This document shows, one piece after another, positions 46,037 to 46,243 of a DNA stretch of 46,243 nucleotides. Origin of the DNA: a candidate division WOR-3 bacterium (GTDB lineage Bacteria > Hydrothermota > Tepidihabitantia > Tepidihabitantales > JAOUPE01); NCBI GenBank assembly GCA_039801565.1, contig JBDRUX010000006.1:1-46243 (forward strand), written 5' to 3'. The translations under genes were made by a program, and so were the position numbers. The first letter of the stretch is position 1. Each line of letters starts with the position of its first letter. The notes beneath the pieces were generated by a model, which was not told the origin of the DNA, made no database searches, and worked only from the letters and a program-made list of their open reading frames with translations.

Positions 46037-46243
46037 CGGACCACGCTGTTCATTCTGTGGTCGGCGGCCCGGTAAAATCCGACGGCTCATTTCCGGCCAA
46101 AACGCCCATATTTGCGAAGACTGTATTCGGATTTGTAATAGCCTTTTAAAAGAAGAAGAGAAATACAAGTACACCTTCTCGGTAAAAACCTTACCGCCAC
46201 CATTTGAAATCAAGAATTTTTTAGATGAATATGTTATCGGTCA
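46011..46243 (+). CDS. clpX: ClpX ATPase (5' part, runs off the window)
   Basis: Hand translation [43 protein letters not shown]...[18 protein letters not shown]4 zinc finger. Confidence 0.95.
   Translation, partial: MKSSKNENNGPRCSFCGRRPGKIRRLISGQNAHICEDCIRICNSLLKEEEKYKYTFSVKTLPPPFEIKNFLDEYVIG

Overview
AT-rich bacterial chromosome segment from an anaerobic, probably diderm, lineage. The 'G-x-E-E + FlgD/T9SS-like C-terminal domain' protein and the GspG-like proteins are compatible with a WOR-3/FCB-related candidate phylum; this is inference only. Left to right: (1) 1-5.8 kb, a co-oriented minus-strand array of small membrane/lipoprotein genes, seven carrying a CxxC-x10-CxxC-type zinc-ribbon module; two pairs of these modules are near-identical at DNA level. 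(2) 6.2-7.5 kb, retropepsin + antitoxin + VapC, with a 29-bp direct repeat bracketing the TA pair. (3) An orphan ABC substrate-binding lipoprotein, a DUF3795 pseudogene and an IS remnant. (4) fur-feoA-feoB, nfo, a ComEC-like MBL hydrolase, and three GT-C-like membrane proteins converging on a DPPR-synthase (UbiA-type)/DUF362 pair. (5) Frameshifted accessory genes and murJ. (6) A CoA-transferase-GNAT / ADP-forming acyl-CoA synthetase / 2-oxoacid:ferredoxin oxidoreductase / ferredoxin operon. (7) An S10-spc ribosomal cluster that stops at rpsH, then lipB, nrdG-like + thioredoxin-like genes, and tRNA-Leu-tig-clpP-clpX. The most unexpected signal is a ~380-460 bp module present twice in direct orientation (~10.2-10.6 kb and ~22.9-23.4 kb). 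It comprises an apparently non-coding, G-rich array of 18 degenerate 12-bp units, an IHF-like site, a promoter with a covarying palindrome, and the broken 5' end of an XRE-HTH gene. Several operons also appear to be transcribed as leaderless mRNAs.
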